A DNA stretch of 64,000 nucleotides from Patescibacteria group bacterium (lineage in GTDB: Bacteria; Patescibacteriota; UBA1384; XYA2-FULL-43-10; 1-14-0-10-43-13). Location: positions 21,561 through 85,560 of the forward strand of contig JBAZBD010000001.1 in assembly GCA_041671645.1 (NCBI GenBank). Reading direction: 5' to 3'. The notes beneath the pieces were generated by a model that worked only from the letters and a program-made list of their open reading frames with translations, ran no database searches and was not told where the DNA came from. Shown piece after piece: positions 63,974-64,000 of this stretch; within the stretch, counting starts at the first letter, position 1; the number at the start of each line of letters is the position of its first letter. Position numbers and translations under genes: made by a program.

Positions 63974-64000
63974 ATGCTTGAAGTAGACATTGAGAAAATT
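63974..64000 (+). CDS. 5' end of an unidentified CDS running off the window
   Basis: ATG at 63974 with GGAGG 4 nt upstream. Only 9 codons (MLEVDIEKI) are visible. Confidence 0.3.

Overview
This is a gene-dense 64-kb bacterial window with about 60 CDS. Many genes are coupled by 1-20 nt start/stop overlaps, the standard genetic code applies, and GGAGG-type RBSs are common. I saw no rRNA or tRNA gene, CRISPR array, transposase, integrase or phage gene.

The first 22.5 kb is mostly housekeeping:
- a DUF475/EamA/2xHD operon
- ppsA, recX-recA, a RodZ-like gene, ftsK and RNase J
- a family-4 UDG, a P-type ATPase and a VanW-like gene
- a membrane pyrophosphatase (hppA) followed by two small coupled unknown genes
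- a self-contained lipoprotein gene

The region 22.6-63.9 kb, about two thirds of the window, is a cell-surface glycan super-locus:
- a GT4 gene plus three tandem Wzy_C (O-antigen-ligase-like) paralogues
- an adjacent dockerin-like/cohesin-like secreted protein pair, followed directly by a Wzx flippase
- several GT2/GT4/GT-C-like genes
- a polyprenyl-phosphate-GT + DUF2304 + GT2 + GT-C-like module
- a 15-gene minus-strand operon, described below
- rfbA-rfbC-nudix-rfbB-rfbD and gtrA

The 15-gene operon carries PseB/PseC/PseH/PseI/PseF homologues, a pseudaminic-acid-type nonulosonic acid pathway. It is expanded by a thiolase + PhaB-like reductase pair, a DUF218-like protein, a Gfo/Idh/MocA + DegT + FemAB-like module and two unassigned proteins. 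The glycan region is interrupted by a metK-pfkB-ahcY(-GT-C-like) operon behind a clear SAM-I riboswitch.

My top candidate for something new is the expanded nonulosonic-acid operon. I predict it makes a Pse-like sugar with a non-acetyl N-acyl group, e.g. 3-hydroxybutyryl, using its own acyl-CoA supply. Next in interest are the dockerin/cohesin pair, the riboswitch-controlled methyl-cycle operon and a 7-nt tandem repeat inside a GT4 gene.

Gene content and compactness suggest an uncultivated small-genome lineage (CPR/Patescibacteria-like), but that is inference only. All family assignments come from motif recognition by eye, not from database searches.
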